IMG/VR virus record: IMGVR_UViG_3300026487_000009
Coordinates: 3,048-67,047 of that record
Length of the DNA stretch: 64,000 bases
Strand: one strand, 5' to 3'
Source: a virus
Shown here: positions 20,503-28,866 of the stretch, piece by piece
How positions within the stretch are numbered: the first letter of the stretch is position 1
Layout of the letters: every line of letters starts with the position of its first letter
Notes under the pieces: model-generated
What the model saw: only the letters and a program-made list of their open reading frames with translations
The model's database searches: none
Told to the model about the DNA's origin: nothing
Translations under genes and position numbers: made by a program

Positions 20503-20970
20503 ATGGCGACATTGTTAGACACCCTCAGGCCAAACGTGGCCTATCTGCAGCAGACACTAATTCGCTCTCTGAATGGGCGAAGTGAGCAAAAATTTGTGGC
20601 AGATTATATAATTGCGCTAAAACAGCGCCTTCGCATCGAGCCTCGATTGTACCGGGCTTACGGCCCGTACTGGCCTGCGGTAAAAAGCATCCTGATCGGT
20701 CACGGGGCAAAATTGCCTAATAGGTCTGTAGATGTGGATGTTAAAGCCGATTACAGCTATCCCAGAGAGGCATTAACCCTGGTGGCAGCGGCGCTCTACG
20801 AAGAGGCAAGGCTCGAGCGAGGGCTCTATTATTCATCTCGCCATTTTCTGCCGTTGATAGCGACAGCTGATGATGACGAGGATTATTTGTATGTGTCTTT
20901 AGATGAGGGACAGGAATTTGCGCACGCGGAAAAAAGCAGCAAGCCAGGGGGTGACCCGGGCATATCTTGA
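20503..20970 (+). CDS. ulx: Ulx
   Basis: MATL.DT..PN..YL and PRLYR.YGPYWP..K match P1 Ulx. Confidence 0.9.
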   Translation: MATLLDTLRPNVAYLQQTLIRSLNGRSEQKFVADYIIALKQRLRIEPRLYRAYGPYWPAVKSILIGHGAKLPNRSVDVDVKADYSYPREALTLVAAALYEEARLERGLYYSSRHFLPLIATADDDEDYLYVSLDEGQEFAHAEKSSKPGGDPGIS

Positions 20971-21181
20971 TGAGTTCGCCCAGCGTTATGGGGTAGTCCT
21001 CAACCAGAACGAAGTAAGCCGGGTATTTTCGCTTAACAAGGTCGGTGATGATAACGCGATGGTGTTTGTTCTTGATCCGCACACCACAAAACCTGTTCGC
21101 CATCTACGGGAATACAACCGGACAGAGTGGGAAGCAGCGATATTGCACAACGTAATTCGCTTAAACGAGAAAGACAAATGA
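20918..21181 (+). CDS. lxc: Lxc co-repressor-like protein
   Basis: EFA....V and EWE..I..N...LN; position after ulx; TTG start behind AGGA. Confidence 0.65.
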   Translation: MRTRKKAASQGVTRAYLDEFAQRYGVVLNQNEVSRVFSLNKVGDDNAMVFVLDPHTTKPVRHLREYNRTEWEAAILHNVIRLNEKDK

Positions 21182-21684
21182 TGCGAAAACTATTAGGGAT
21201 CACATTACTGCTGGCGGTCGCGCAGACCGCCAGCGCTTCGCTTACAGAGGCGTGCGACCGCACAGTGAAGGCGCAGGGAAATCTGGCCGCGGCAGTAAAA
21301 TTTCAGGACAAGAATTTTTTAATTAAAGCGGCAGCAGCAGGTGATGCGCTGGGGTACGACGATGCCTGGTACAACCAGGAACTGACACGCATGCGGCTTA
21401 ATGCTCAGGACCGGGACAGCATGCAGTACATTGGTCTGGAAAAATCACCTGAATATAAACCGATGTACGATCGCTATATGAAAACCTGCATGACAGTGCC
21501 CTCCCAATACCTTACACGCTTCAATAACCTTGTGGCCAAAGGATGGATTTCACAGGGAGAGGTAGAGCAGGCTGAAAAAGCCGGCCTTTCGAATGTGGAA
21601 GGTATGCGCCCTCAGCAGGGGGGCGGATTGAAAGCCAGGGCAGAGAGCGGTCGCGCGCTTCTGGAGCAGCACAAAGCGCAATAA
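21178..21684 (+). CDS. Secreted/periplasmic hypothetical protein
   Basis: Sec signal MMRKLLGITLLLAVAQTASA; two Cys. Confidence 0.7.
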   Translation: MMRKLLGITLLLAVAQTASASLTEACDRTVKAQGNLAAAVKFQDKNFLIKAAAAGDALGYDDAWYNQELTRMRLNAQDRDSMQYIGLEKSPEYKPMYDRYMKTCMTVPSQYLTRFNNLVAKGWISQGEVEQAEKAGLSNVEGMRPQQGGGLKARAESGRALLEQHKAQ

Positions 21685-21730
21685 CGCACGATTAAAAATC
21701 ACTGAATTCCTTCAAAATCTCCCCTTACTC

Positions 21731-21781
21731 GCAATAAACACTAAATATTTTCTTGACCAGGGTTACGCCTGCAGCTAGATT
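21731..21781 (+). promoter_or_regulatory. Operator plus sigma70 promoter
   Basis: GCAATAAACACTAAATATT 21731-21749; TTGACC-17-TAGATT 21753-21781. Confidence 0.7.
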
Positions 21782-21833
21782 GCATATTGTGCAAGATGCA
21801 ATTGCACCTATATCAATCTAAGAGGCAAACAAT

Positions 21834-21989
21834 ATGGTCGATTTCGTAAATCACGCGGGCAAGCCGCGCCGCTCACGCTATTCCAGATTCACTGAAAGCC
21901 TGTCTAAAGCTGGTGCCGGTTTCTGCATTATTTTCACTGTCATGTATGTGCTGATGTTCATCTATGAGCATGCTCATTTTCATCTGTGA
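21834..21989 (+). CDS. 51-aa membrane protein (not in ORF track)
   Basis: MVDFVNHAGKPRRSRYSRFTESLSKAGAGFCIIFTVMYVLMFIYEHAHFHL; GAGG SD; promoter upstream, terminator downstream. Confidence 0.65.
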   Translation: MVDFVNHAGKPRRSRYSRFTESLSKAGAGFCIIFTVMYVLMFIYEHAHFHL

Positions 21990-21998
21990 CATCGCTAC

Positions 21999-22024
21999 AG
22001 CACCCTGAAAAGGGTGCTTTTTTT
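21999..22024 (+). terminator. Rho-independent terminator
   Basis: AGCACCCT-GAAA-AGGGTGCT plus T run. Confidence 0.75.
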
Positions 22025-22037
22025 ATGGAACCAACCT

Positions 22038-22310
22038 ATGACATTTCCCGGAAAACGTTTCTCTAACGCATTGAAGGCCAGTGGTAAAACGCAGGATGAC
22101 GCTGCGTATGAAATGGGGATCAGCCCCAGCAAGCTAAGCCGTTACCTGACGCAAAAACTACCGTTATCAGTTGATCTGGCAAAAAGATTTAGTGTTTATT
22201 TTGGTGTGGATTTCATAACAATTATTTCAGAGCAGGCCGAATATGAGCTTCAAAGCCTGCCTGCTGAGAGTTTTACCCTTATAAAGCCGTTGAGTGATAA
22301 AAATGAGTGA
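22038..22310 (+). CDS. XRE HTH protein, HigA-like
   Basis: TQ..AA..MGIS...LS......LS.DLA.R....FG......Q..YEL pattern. Confidence 0.75.
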   Translation: MTFPGKRFSNALKASGKTQDDAAYEMGISPSKLSRYLTQKLPLSVDLAKRFSVYFGVDFITIISEQAEYELQSLPAESFTLIKPLSDKNE

Positions 22311-22533
22311 TACCCTGGATTTGGTAACCGAACATACTGATCTGCTCCTGAGTGCAGGCGTTCAGACAGTGAAAAACAACCTGGCTGTCAGAAAATTCCC
22401 GCCATGCGGCACCTGCTATTACTGCCAGGAAAAGGTAAAGGACGGGCAGGTTTTTTGTGATGACGATTGCGCATCAGATCACCACGCACAGCTTCAGGCA
22501 GCGGTTCGTAAGCATGGCCATCACCGATGCTGA
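22303..22533 (+). CDS. Small zinc-finger protein (TraR/DksA-like, P1 PmgL-like)
   Basis: C..C-x10-C...C (CYYCQE...FCDDDC); MSD..D N-terminus. Confidence 0.6.
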   Translation: MSDTLDLVTEHTDLLLSAGVQTVKNNLAVRKFPPCGTCYYCQEKVKDGQVFCDDDCASDHHAQLQAAVRKHGHHRC

Positions 22534-23066
22534 GATTCCAGTCTGAAGAGGAATTCCAGGCCTTTCAGAAGCAGCGGAGCGCTGGCGCGAAGCTGAAAGT
22601 GCCGAAGGTATTCCAGGAAAGCAAAAAGAACCTGTCACCGCATGCGGTGGCGATGGCCTATCTGGCATCCCACCCGGATGATTTTGAAGGGAAGCAGGAG
22701 CATTACGAACAGTGCCGTGTATTCTACGAAATAGAGCGTCAGCGCCCCGATATTTATGAAGCGCTCTATGCAGTGCCTAATGGCGGTTTGCGCGGTAAGG
22801 CCACAGCCGGGAGGCAGAAGGCTGAAGGGCTAAAAAAAGGCGAATTGGACATCAATCTGGATATGGCCCGGGGCGTATACCATGGACTCAGGCTTGAGCT
22901 GAAGTGGGGTGGAAACAAGCCGACTAAGGAACAGTTGGCCGCGATTGCCAGGCACCGGCGAAACGGGTATTTTGCTGCGCCTGTCTGGGGTGCTGATGAC
23001 GCCATAAAGCTGATTTTAGCCTACTGTGATCTATCCGCCGGTGATACCCTGGAGATTGAAAGTTAA
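22527..23066 (+). CDS. VRR-NUC PD-(D/E)XK nuclease (P1 PmgM-like)
   Basis: A.PNGG.R...T....K.EG.KKG..D, ELK...KPT..Q and GY.A. Confidence 0.8.
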   Translation: MLRFQSEEEFQAFQKQRSAGAKLKVPKVFQESKKNLSPHAVAMAYLASHPDDFEGKQEHYEQCRVFYEIERQRPDIYEALYAVPNGGLRGKATAGRQKAEGLKKGELDINLDMARGVYHGLRLELKWGGNKPTKEQLAAIARHRRNGYFAAPVWGADDAIKLILAYCDLSAGDTLEIES

Positions 23067-23091
23067 ATCACGAATGTTTGTGCATGCTTCA

Positions 23092-23110
23092 AATGTTTAG
23101 TGTTATTTGC
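23092..23110 (-). promoter_or_regulatory. Probable C1 operator
   Basis: rc GCAAATAACACTAAACATT upstream of the glycosyltransferase operon. Confidence 0.6.
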
Positions 23111-23242
23111 GTTTCACGTTCATTATTATCCCGTACATCTTAAACACGGTGCTTCGCTGGCACCGTCACTTCAGCGGGGCTGTATGTTGAACGTCATTCA
23201 GATTACTCACGCACCAAAGCCATCAAGAGACAGCTTCGGTCT

Positions 23243-23827
23243 GTGATAACAGAAAAAACCTTCATCTGCGCCGCCAGCGGGCCCTCTTTGCTCCGCAGTG
23301 ACTGTGAGCTGGTTGCTGCGTCAGGGTTGCCGGTGATTGCCGTAAACAACACCTGGCAGCAATTTTCTAACCTGTATGCCTTGTGCGCCGGTGATCTGGC
23401 CTGGTGGGTGCAGCATTACGATGCTGTACCCGCTAAGGATTTCCGGCGAATCACCGCCAGTAAATCAGCGAAATCACGTTTTCCCGATCTGGAGTACCGT
23501 CGGTACTGCGCCAGCCGGGAATCTTTCAACAGTGGTGCAATGGCCATCGAGTTTGCGGCGGAACAGGGGGCTGAAACTATTCTCCTGATCGGCTATGACT
23601 GCAGCCTCAAATATGGTCAGCACTGGCATGGAACGCACTCCCAAACGTTGAGAAATCCTTCCCAACACTCGATCGACAAGTGGCAATCAGAGTTCCTGCG
23701 CACGCGGGAAAAATGGCCGCATGTGGATATCATAAACTGCAGCCGATACACGGAGCTGAAATGTTACCAATTAAAAAATCTGGAAAAGGCACTCGAGTCA
23801 TCATTGTTGGCTCGGGCCCAAGCGTAA
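23243..23827 (+). CDS. Glycosyltransferase-fold protein (WaaZ/Cst/Maf-like superfamily)
   Basis: ASGPSL, IAVN, SG.MAI.FA...GA..I.LIGYD and IINCS motifs. Confidence 0.65.
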   Translation: MITEKTFICAASGPSLLRSDCELVAASGLPVIAVNNTWQQFSNLYALCAGDLAWWVQHYDAVPAKDFRRITASKSAKSRFPDLEYRRYCASRESFNSGAMAIEFAAEQGAETILLIGYDCSLKYGQHWHGTHSQTLRNPSQHSIDKWQSEFLRTREKWPHVDIINCSRYTELKCYQLKNLEKALESSLLARAQA

Positions 23828-24390
23828 AAAATTTCAAGGTTCCCCGCGGAGTTCCAACGATTGCCATTAATGGGGCGGTGGACTGGATAGAACGCGCGAG
23901 CTTCTTCTTTACCCTCGATCCTTCTGATGAGAATAAGCGCCGCATGGCCAATCGCCGCCGTGGAACTCAGTATGTTTGCGCCTTACCGGATGGCGCACCG
24001 GATATCCCGGGTGTGCACCGTTTAACGCGCGTAGGCGATCAGACCACACGCGGACCTGAACCTGAGAATCACGGCAGCCCGGAGTGGTGGTTATGGCGCT
24101 GGTCGGCAATGCCGGGGCTGTCGGAAGAGCCAGGCAAGATCCATAGTGGCAATTCGGCATACGGCGCGCTGGGGCTGGCTTACAGCCTCGGATACACCGA
24201 CGTGGCGCTGGTGGGCGTGGATGGCACACAGGAAGCCCGTTATCCGGGGGGCGGGGAGCCAAAGAACCTGTCACACATCGGGCTGCTTTTCGCGTCGGCC
24301 CTGCCGCAGATCCGCGTTGTTTCGTGTGGGCAGTTGTCGAGCATCCCTCAGATGTCCCTTAAAGACTGGCTGGCCAGCACTCAGGAGTAA
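23761..24390 (+). CDS. Second glycosyltransferase-fold protein (P1 PmgP-like)
   Basis: IVGSGPS, IAING, FFTLD and SGNSAYGAL.LAY.LG..VALVGVD; GGAG SD before ATG 23761. Confidence 0.7.
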   Translation: MLPIKKSGKGTRVIIVGSGPSVKNFKVPRGVPTIAINGAVDWIERASFFFTLDPSDENKRRMANRRRGTQYVCALPDGAPDIPGVHRLTRVGDQTTRGPEPENHGSPEWWLWRWSAMPGLSEEPGKIHSGNSAYGALGLAYSLGYTDVALVGVDGTQEARYPGGGEPKNLSHIGLLFASALPQIRVVSCGQLSSIPQMSLKDWLASTQE

Positions 24391-24394
24391 GTGG

Positions 24395-25111
24395 ATGAAA
24401 ATAGCAACGGTGCTGCGCTCGGGAGGGGATTACAACATCAGTCATGTAAAGTGGTTGAAGAACCAGCTGCCTGATGACGCAGACGTGATTTGTTTCAGTG
24501 ATTTCAAATTTACCATTCCCGGCGTGCAGGTCGTGCCGTTGTTACATGACTGGTCCAGATGCAAAGGCTGGTGGGCGAAAATCGAGCTTTTCCGCCCAGA
24601 CATCAAAGAAGATTTTCTTTACCTCGACCTGGATACCGTGATCGTTGGGGACGTATCTGAAATTCTGACTTTTACCTGCGAGCAAATGGTAATGCTGTCG
24701 GACTTTTACCGTCCTGCCAATCTGATGTCGTCGATTATGTGGATACCGCACCAGGTGAAAGAAGAGATCTGGAAAACCTTCTTCTCCGATCCGAAGCACT
24801 ACATCAATCACTGTAAACAGGCTGACTGCTGGGGAGATCAGGGTTTTATACAGCTGGTCATTGGCGATTCGTTGCGCTGGCAGGATCTTTTCCCGGGCTG
24901 GTTCGTGAGTTACAAGGCGCAGGTCGTCAGCCGGGACCAAAGCAAGTGGGCTCACCGGCGTTTCTCAGCTGGTAACGGCTCACTCCCGGATGACGCCCGT
25001 ATAGTGGTTTTCCATGGTCAACCGCGACCGTTCCATGTGATCGAGCCATGGATGCCACCAGCGCCGTTTTGCGACACAAAAGGCTTGCCAAATGCAGGTG
25101 TTGCTTTATGA
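24395..25111 (+). CDS. GT-A fold (GT8-like) glycosyltransferase
   Basis: GWWAKIELF, YLDLD (DxD), GDQGFI and VFHG.PRP. Confidence 0.8.
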   Translation: MKIATVLRSGGDYNISHVKWLKNQLPDDADVICFSDFKFTIPGVQVVPLLHDWSRCKGWWAKIELFRPDIKEDFLYLDLDTVIVGDVSEILTFTCEQMVMLSDFYRPANLMSSIMWIPHQVKEEIWKTFFSDPKHYINHCKQADCWGDQGFIQLVIGDSLRWQDLFPGWFVSYKAQVVSRDQSKWAHRRFSAGNGSLPDDARIVVFHGQPRPFHVIEPWMPPAPFCDTKGLPNAGVAL

Positions 25112-25119
25112 TTTCCGTA

Positions 25120-25138
25120 AAAGTTTAGTGTTTATTGT
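25120..25138 (-). promoter_or_regulatory. Probable C1 operator
   Basis: rc ACAATAAACACTAAACTTT. Confidence 0.65.
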
Positions 25139-25147
25139 GGCGGGTAC

Positions 25148-25375
25148 ATGCAACTCCTAAGAAAACTTTTCGCAGCGCGTTTGTACTACTGGCATTTCAG
25201 CGTGTCATTCAATGGCCGCATGGAGGAGCTGGTGGTGGGCTATCCAGACCGATTGATGACGTCAGCGCGGATGGTTTTCTTGCTGCGGCAGCGGGGCCTG
25301 CCTGATGACGCTGTAATCATCTCATTCTCGTATATGGGAAAGATGACAGAAAACCAAGTAACAAGCCTTGTTTAA
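25148..25375 (+). CDS. Small protein, P1 PmgR-like
   Basis: PD..MT..R and DAVI...SY.G.MT; precedes pmgS. Confidence 0.5.
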   Translation: MQLLRKLFAARLYYWHFSVSFNGRMEELVVGYPDRLMTSARMVFLLRQRGLPDDAVIISFSYMGKMTENQVTSLV

Positions 25376-25390
25376 CATAGAGAAAATACC

Positions 25391-26650
25391 ATGAGTCAAA
25401 TCGAAAATATGCCACAAAACGACGTGAATCTCGGCACGATCGCCTTAGAAGGGATTCAGGGCCTGCAGGCACAACTACGCTCGGCCTTGCGCAGGGTAGC
25501 TGGGGATGATCTCTCCATGCGATTTATCAACAACGCCATCGATAGCGCAGAAACTCTGCTTGCCGACCTGATTATTGAATACAACAGGGATAGCGAAGAA
25601 TTCAACCAGTTGTCCGCTCAACTGGATGACAAAGACACTGCGGTCAGACTGGCGCATCGGCAAATCGAAGAACTGCAGCGCTCTATGGCCGGGGCATCTG
25701 ACGAGGTGCGCGAACAGTTCGAGAAACAGCTTTTTGATGCCGGTGAAAAGGTCAGAGTGCTGGAGCGTGAAAAGCTCGATTTAGCCGGGCGTGTGGCCGA
25801 TATGGAGATCGCCCTTAAAACGACGCGTACTTCAGAGCAAACGATCCGTCGTGAGCTCAAAAGGCTGCAGGACATGGAGCCAGAGAAGAAAATTGAGCAG
25901 CTGGCTAATTATAAAAAAGAAACCCATGAGCTGCGCGCAAAAGTGCGTGATCTGGGCTCCGAGTTGACGCGCGAGCAGCGGGAACGGGTTCGTCTCTCCA
26001 CTGAGGGACAGACAATGGCCCAGGCGTTAGGGGAATTGCGCAACCATAATCTGCTGCTGGCTAACGACGTCAAAAAAATCAATGGAGCAAGCCAGTACGA
26101 CTGGAACTTTGATAATCACGCGGGTGAACCTCGTCGCTTCTGGTTGCACCGCTATGCCTACGGGATCTCAAACAAGCCGGGAATGAACAATGGCATCCCG
26201 AAGATGCTGTACGGCGTAAATTTTAGTTATGTGATTTTCTCCTGCCGCGGTTATGGGATAAACGTACTGCCAAACGAGTGGATGGCGCCGTCCTATAACC
26301 CGTTTGAGGAGTTTGAAGTGGATAAACCTTCTGATATCGAGCAGGTGATGACCAGCATCTTTGAATCAGAGCTGGAGAACGTTTACCCACAGATGATTAA
26401 ACGAGCCATCTGGGCGCGCACCGTCAGTCTGGCCGATGTGCCGGATATGCCGAAAAAAGCCCTGAAACTATTTGAAGGCACCCATTACAAGACGCTTTAC
26501 GACGTTGTTTCACAATCGCCATTGAGATTGCTGCTCATTAAGGGGATCGGGAAAGAACTGGCCGGAACGATCGGTAAAGTGTGCCTCTACGAAGTAAGCC
26601 GGTGGATGGATATTAACGGTGATATCGAGGATATCAGCGTCAAAATGTGA
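25391..26650 (+). CDS. pmgS: PmgS-like coiled-coil protein with C-terminal HhH-like segment
   Basis: RRV..DDL..RF..NA..SAE.L, AYGIS, NEW..P, RA.WA and TL.DVV. Confidence 0.75.
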   Translation: MSQIENMPQNDVNLGTIALEGIQGLQAQLRSALRRVAGDDLSMRFINNAIDSAETLLADLIIEYNRDSEEFNQLSAQLDDKDTAVRLAHRQIEELQRSMAGASDEVREQFEKQLFDAGEKVRVLEREKLDLAGRVADMEIALKTTRTSEQTIRRELKRLQDMEPEKKIEQLANYKKETHELRAKVRDLGSELTREQRERVRLSTEGQTMAQALGELRNHNLLLANDVKKINGASQYDWNFDNHAGEPRRFWLHRYAYGISNKPGMNNGIPKMLYGVNFSYVIFSCRGYGINVLPNEWMAPSYNPFEEFEVDKPSDIEQVMTSIFESELENVYPQMIKRAIWARTVSLADVPDMPKKALKLFEGTHYKTLYDVVSQSPLRLLLIKGIGKELAGTIGKVCLYEVSRWMDINGDIEDISVKM

Positions 26651-26654
26651 ACAC

Positions 26655-26678
26655 AGCCCGGGTTCCCGGGCTTTTTTT
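26655..26678 (+). terminator. Rho-independent terminator
   Basis: AGCCCGGG-TT-CCCGGGCT plus T run. Confidence 0.65.
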
Positions 26679-26697
26679 ATACTCATTCGAGGTAAGT

Positions 26698-26982
26698 ATG
26701 AAGAAATCCCCAAATGGTCTGACGACGTCGGAAATGCTCTTGTGGCTCGAAAAGGAGGCGCAGGATGTAAAGCTAAGCTCAAATGGCCACGATGACGACG
26801 TGCATCTTGTCGTGTATACCAAATCGTACGGTCGCCGGGTTTATACCGGATCGCGAGATGTGGCGATTAAGAGCGCCTATGATTTTATTTCGGCAGACCT
26901 CAAAAGCTACCATGAGCGCGTACGTCAGTATTTTTCTGACCCACTCATTGAGGATCAGCAGCAAGAGACGCAGTCCTCATGA
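26698..26982 (+). CDS. Hypothetical protein
   Basis: GAGG SD; ATGA overlap with next gene. Confidence 0.6.
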   Translation: MKKSPNGLTTSEMLLWLEKEAQDVKLSSNGHDDDVHLVVYTKSYGRRVYTGSRDVAIKSAYDFISADLKSYHERVRQYFSDPLIEDQQQETQSS

Positions 26983-27767
26983 CCTCAGAGCCGTTTATCG
27001 TCATGATACCGGCGCGTTACGGCGCTGGTAGATGCCCAGGAAAAGCACTGGCTGAAATCCAGGGCAGGACGATGATCAGCGGTGTCATAGCCAGCGCGCT
27101 CCGTTCGCTGGCTGCCCGGGTGATCGTCGTAACGGACCATAACGATATCGGTTCAGCAGCAAAAAACACCGGAGCTGAAGTCCTCACCTTCACTGGCAAT
27201 TATAAGAGCGGCACGGACCGGCTGGCCGCCGCCTGCAATATGCTCGGGATTGATGATACTCAGCTGGTGGTCAGTCTTCCCTGTGACATGCCAATGGTTG
27301 ACCCGGTATTACTTAATTTACTGGCACAGGATTACATTCAGAGCGGTTGCGTTGTCGGCACGCTGGGCGAGCTGGTGGAGCGAGACAATTTACATACCCT
27401 GTCAGATCCCACGCAGGTGAAAGTGGTAACGGATGTCTGCGATCGCGCTATTTATTTTTCCCGCGCATCCATCCCCTTTGATCGGAACCAGGCCAGCATC
27501 AAAAATCCGCTGTTGAATGAGCTGTATCTTCGCCATATAGGGATCTACGCCTACCGAACGCACGCTATAAAGCACCTTTCTGCGTTCGGTGTCAGTCCAC
27601 TGGAGGAGATGGAGGATATCGAAGCGTTGCGACCTCTTACCCAGGGGCTAAGCGTTTCCGTTTTAACCGTGCGCAATACAGGCTGCTTTAGCCTCGGAAC
27701 CGCAGGCGCCATCGAGCGTCATAATCAATTGGCATCAGGAGCGAGTAAATGGCCAGCAGAGGCGTAA
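26979..27767 (+). CDS. KdsB (CMP-Kdo synthetase)-like cytidylyltransferase with altered catalytic motifs
   Basis: IPARY...R.PGK.L, SGT.RLA, VKVV.D....YFSR..IP.DR, RH.GIY.YR and SPLE..E..E.LR. Confidence 0.85.
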   Translation: MTSEPFIVMIPARYGAGRCPGKALAEIQGRTMISGVIASALRSLAARVIVVTDHNDIGSAAKNTGAEVLTFTGNYKSGTDRLAAACNMLGIDDTQLVVSLPCDMPMVDPVLLNLLAQDYIQSGCVVGTLGELVERDNLHTLSDPTQVKVVTDVCDRAIYFSRASIPFDRNQASIKNPLLNELYLRHIGIYAYRTHAIKHLSAFGVSPLEEMEDIEALRPLTQGLSVSVLTVRNTGCFSLGTAGAIERHNQLASGASKWPAEA

Positions 27768-28234
27768 ACAAGGTAATTCTCGTCGGGAACCTGGGTAAGG
27801 ATCCCGAAATACGTTACAAGCCGGGCGGCGGTGGGGCTATTGCCACGCTGACACTGGCGACGTCCGAATCCTGGCGCGATAAAGCGACCGGTGAGATGAA
27901 GGAGCAGACCGAATGGCACCGCGTTGTGCTGTTTGGCAAACTGGCCGAAGTGGCCGGTGAATATCTGCGTAAAGGCTCCCAGGTCTATATCGAAGGCCAG
28001 CTGCGTACTCGTAAATGGACCGATCAGTCCGGCGCAGAAAAATACACCACTGAAGTGGTGGTGAACGTCGGCGGCACCATGCAGATGCTGGGTGGCCGTC
28101 AGGGCGGTGGCGCATCAGCAGGTAACGATCAGCACCAGGGCGGCTGGGGCCAGGCAAACCAACCTCAGCAGCAGTCCACCCCGGCGCAGTCTAATGAGCC
28201 GCCAATGGACTTTGACGACGACATACCCTTTTAG
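27749..28234 (+). CDS. ssb: Single-stranded DNA-binding protein
   Basis: [16 protein letters not shown]...; C-terminal DFDDDIPF. Confidence 0.98.
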   Translation: MASRGVNKVILVGNLGKDPEIRYKPGGGGAIATLTLATSESWRDKATGEMKEQTEWHRVVLFGKLAEVAGEYLRKGSQVYIEGQLRTRKWTDQSGAEKYTTEVVVNVGGTMQMLGGRQGGGASAGNDQHQGGWGQANQPQQQSTPAQSNEPPMDFDDDIPF

Positions 28235-28257
28235 CGCATACCGGTTAAGAAACCCTG

Positions 28258-28284
28258 AAAGCCCCGCAAGCCGGGGCTTTTTTA
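28258..28284 (+). terminator. Rho-independent terminator
   Basis: AAAGCCCCG-CAAGC-CGGGGCTTT plus T run. Confidence 0.75.
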
Positions 28285-28357
28285 TGCGTGAATTTCATCT
28301 CAGCCCCTACGCAGGAGATCGCAACTGGCAATATTTGGCTGTATATTACGCATAATA

Positions 28358-28376
28358 AAAGTTTAGTGTTTAGTGG
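28358..28376 (-). promoter_or_regulatory. Probable C1 operator
   Basis: rc CCACTAAACACTAAACTTT. Confidence 0.6.
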
Positions 28377-28383
28377 TGATCCA

Positions 28384-28692
28384 ATGGCAGAGAAAACTTT
28401 AACCATGGCGCAGCTGTCGGCCATGCATGACGAAGAAATCAGGCAGGCAATGGCTCAGCATCAGACACGAATGCGTCTGATGGCAGCCCGGCACCGTTCT
28501 GAACTGATGGCCATCGCTCTTGCTGGTAAAGAGGGGGACTTTATCCAGACGCTTGCCGGCATGGTCAAAGCTCCTCTTGAGGTTATCGCGCAGGTTGAAG
28601 GCGGCGGGCCGGAGCAGGGGGATGCTTTATCACTAATCCGGCTGCTGGAGCAGGTCATGCAGGATAATTTTGAAGTCAGTGCTGGCTGCTGA
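28384..28692 (+). CDS. Hypothetical helical protein
   Basis: ATG directly after an operator copy. Confidence 0.55.
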   Translation: MAEKTLTMAQLSAMHDEEIRQAMAQHQTRMRLMAARHRSELMAIALAGKEGDFIQTLAGMVKAPLEVIAQVEGGGPEQGDALSLIRLLEQVMQDNFEVSAGC

Positions 28693-28814
28693 GCGCAGCA
28701 GCGACACCGTTAACAACCTACAGAATTTGGAAACACTAAATAAAACGTTTTGCATTGCAGAAACTGCAAAACCAGTTGCAAAGGAAATGAATAAGGGCTT
28801 ATTATCCCTTTCGA

Positions 28815-28833
28815 GCAACAAACACTAAATAAA
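28815..28833 (+). promoter_or_regulatory. Probable C1 operator (second weaker copy at 28726-28744)
   Basis: GCAACAAACACTAAATAAA upstream of the long early cassette operon. Confidence 0.6.
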
Positions 28834-28866
28834 ATTTGTTTAGTAACGTCAATCTGAGAACACATT

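Noticed and set aside
24146-24394. N-terminal extensions in the ORF track (e.g. 24146, 23680, 1032, 47113, 48293, 50745)
   Set aside because: Homology and SD positions favour the downstream starts used in the features
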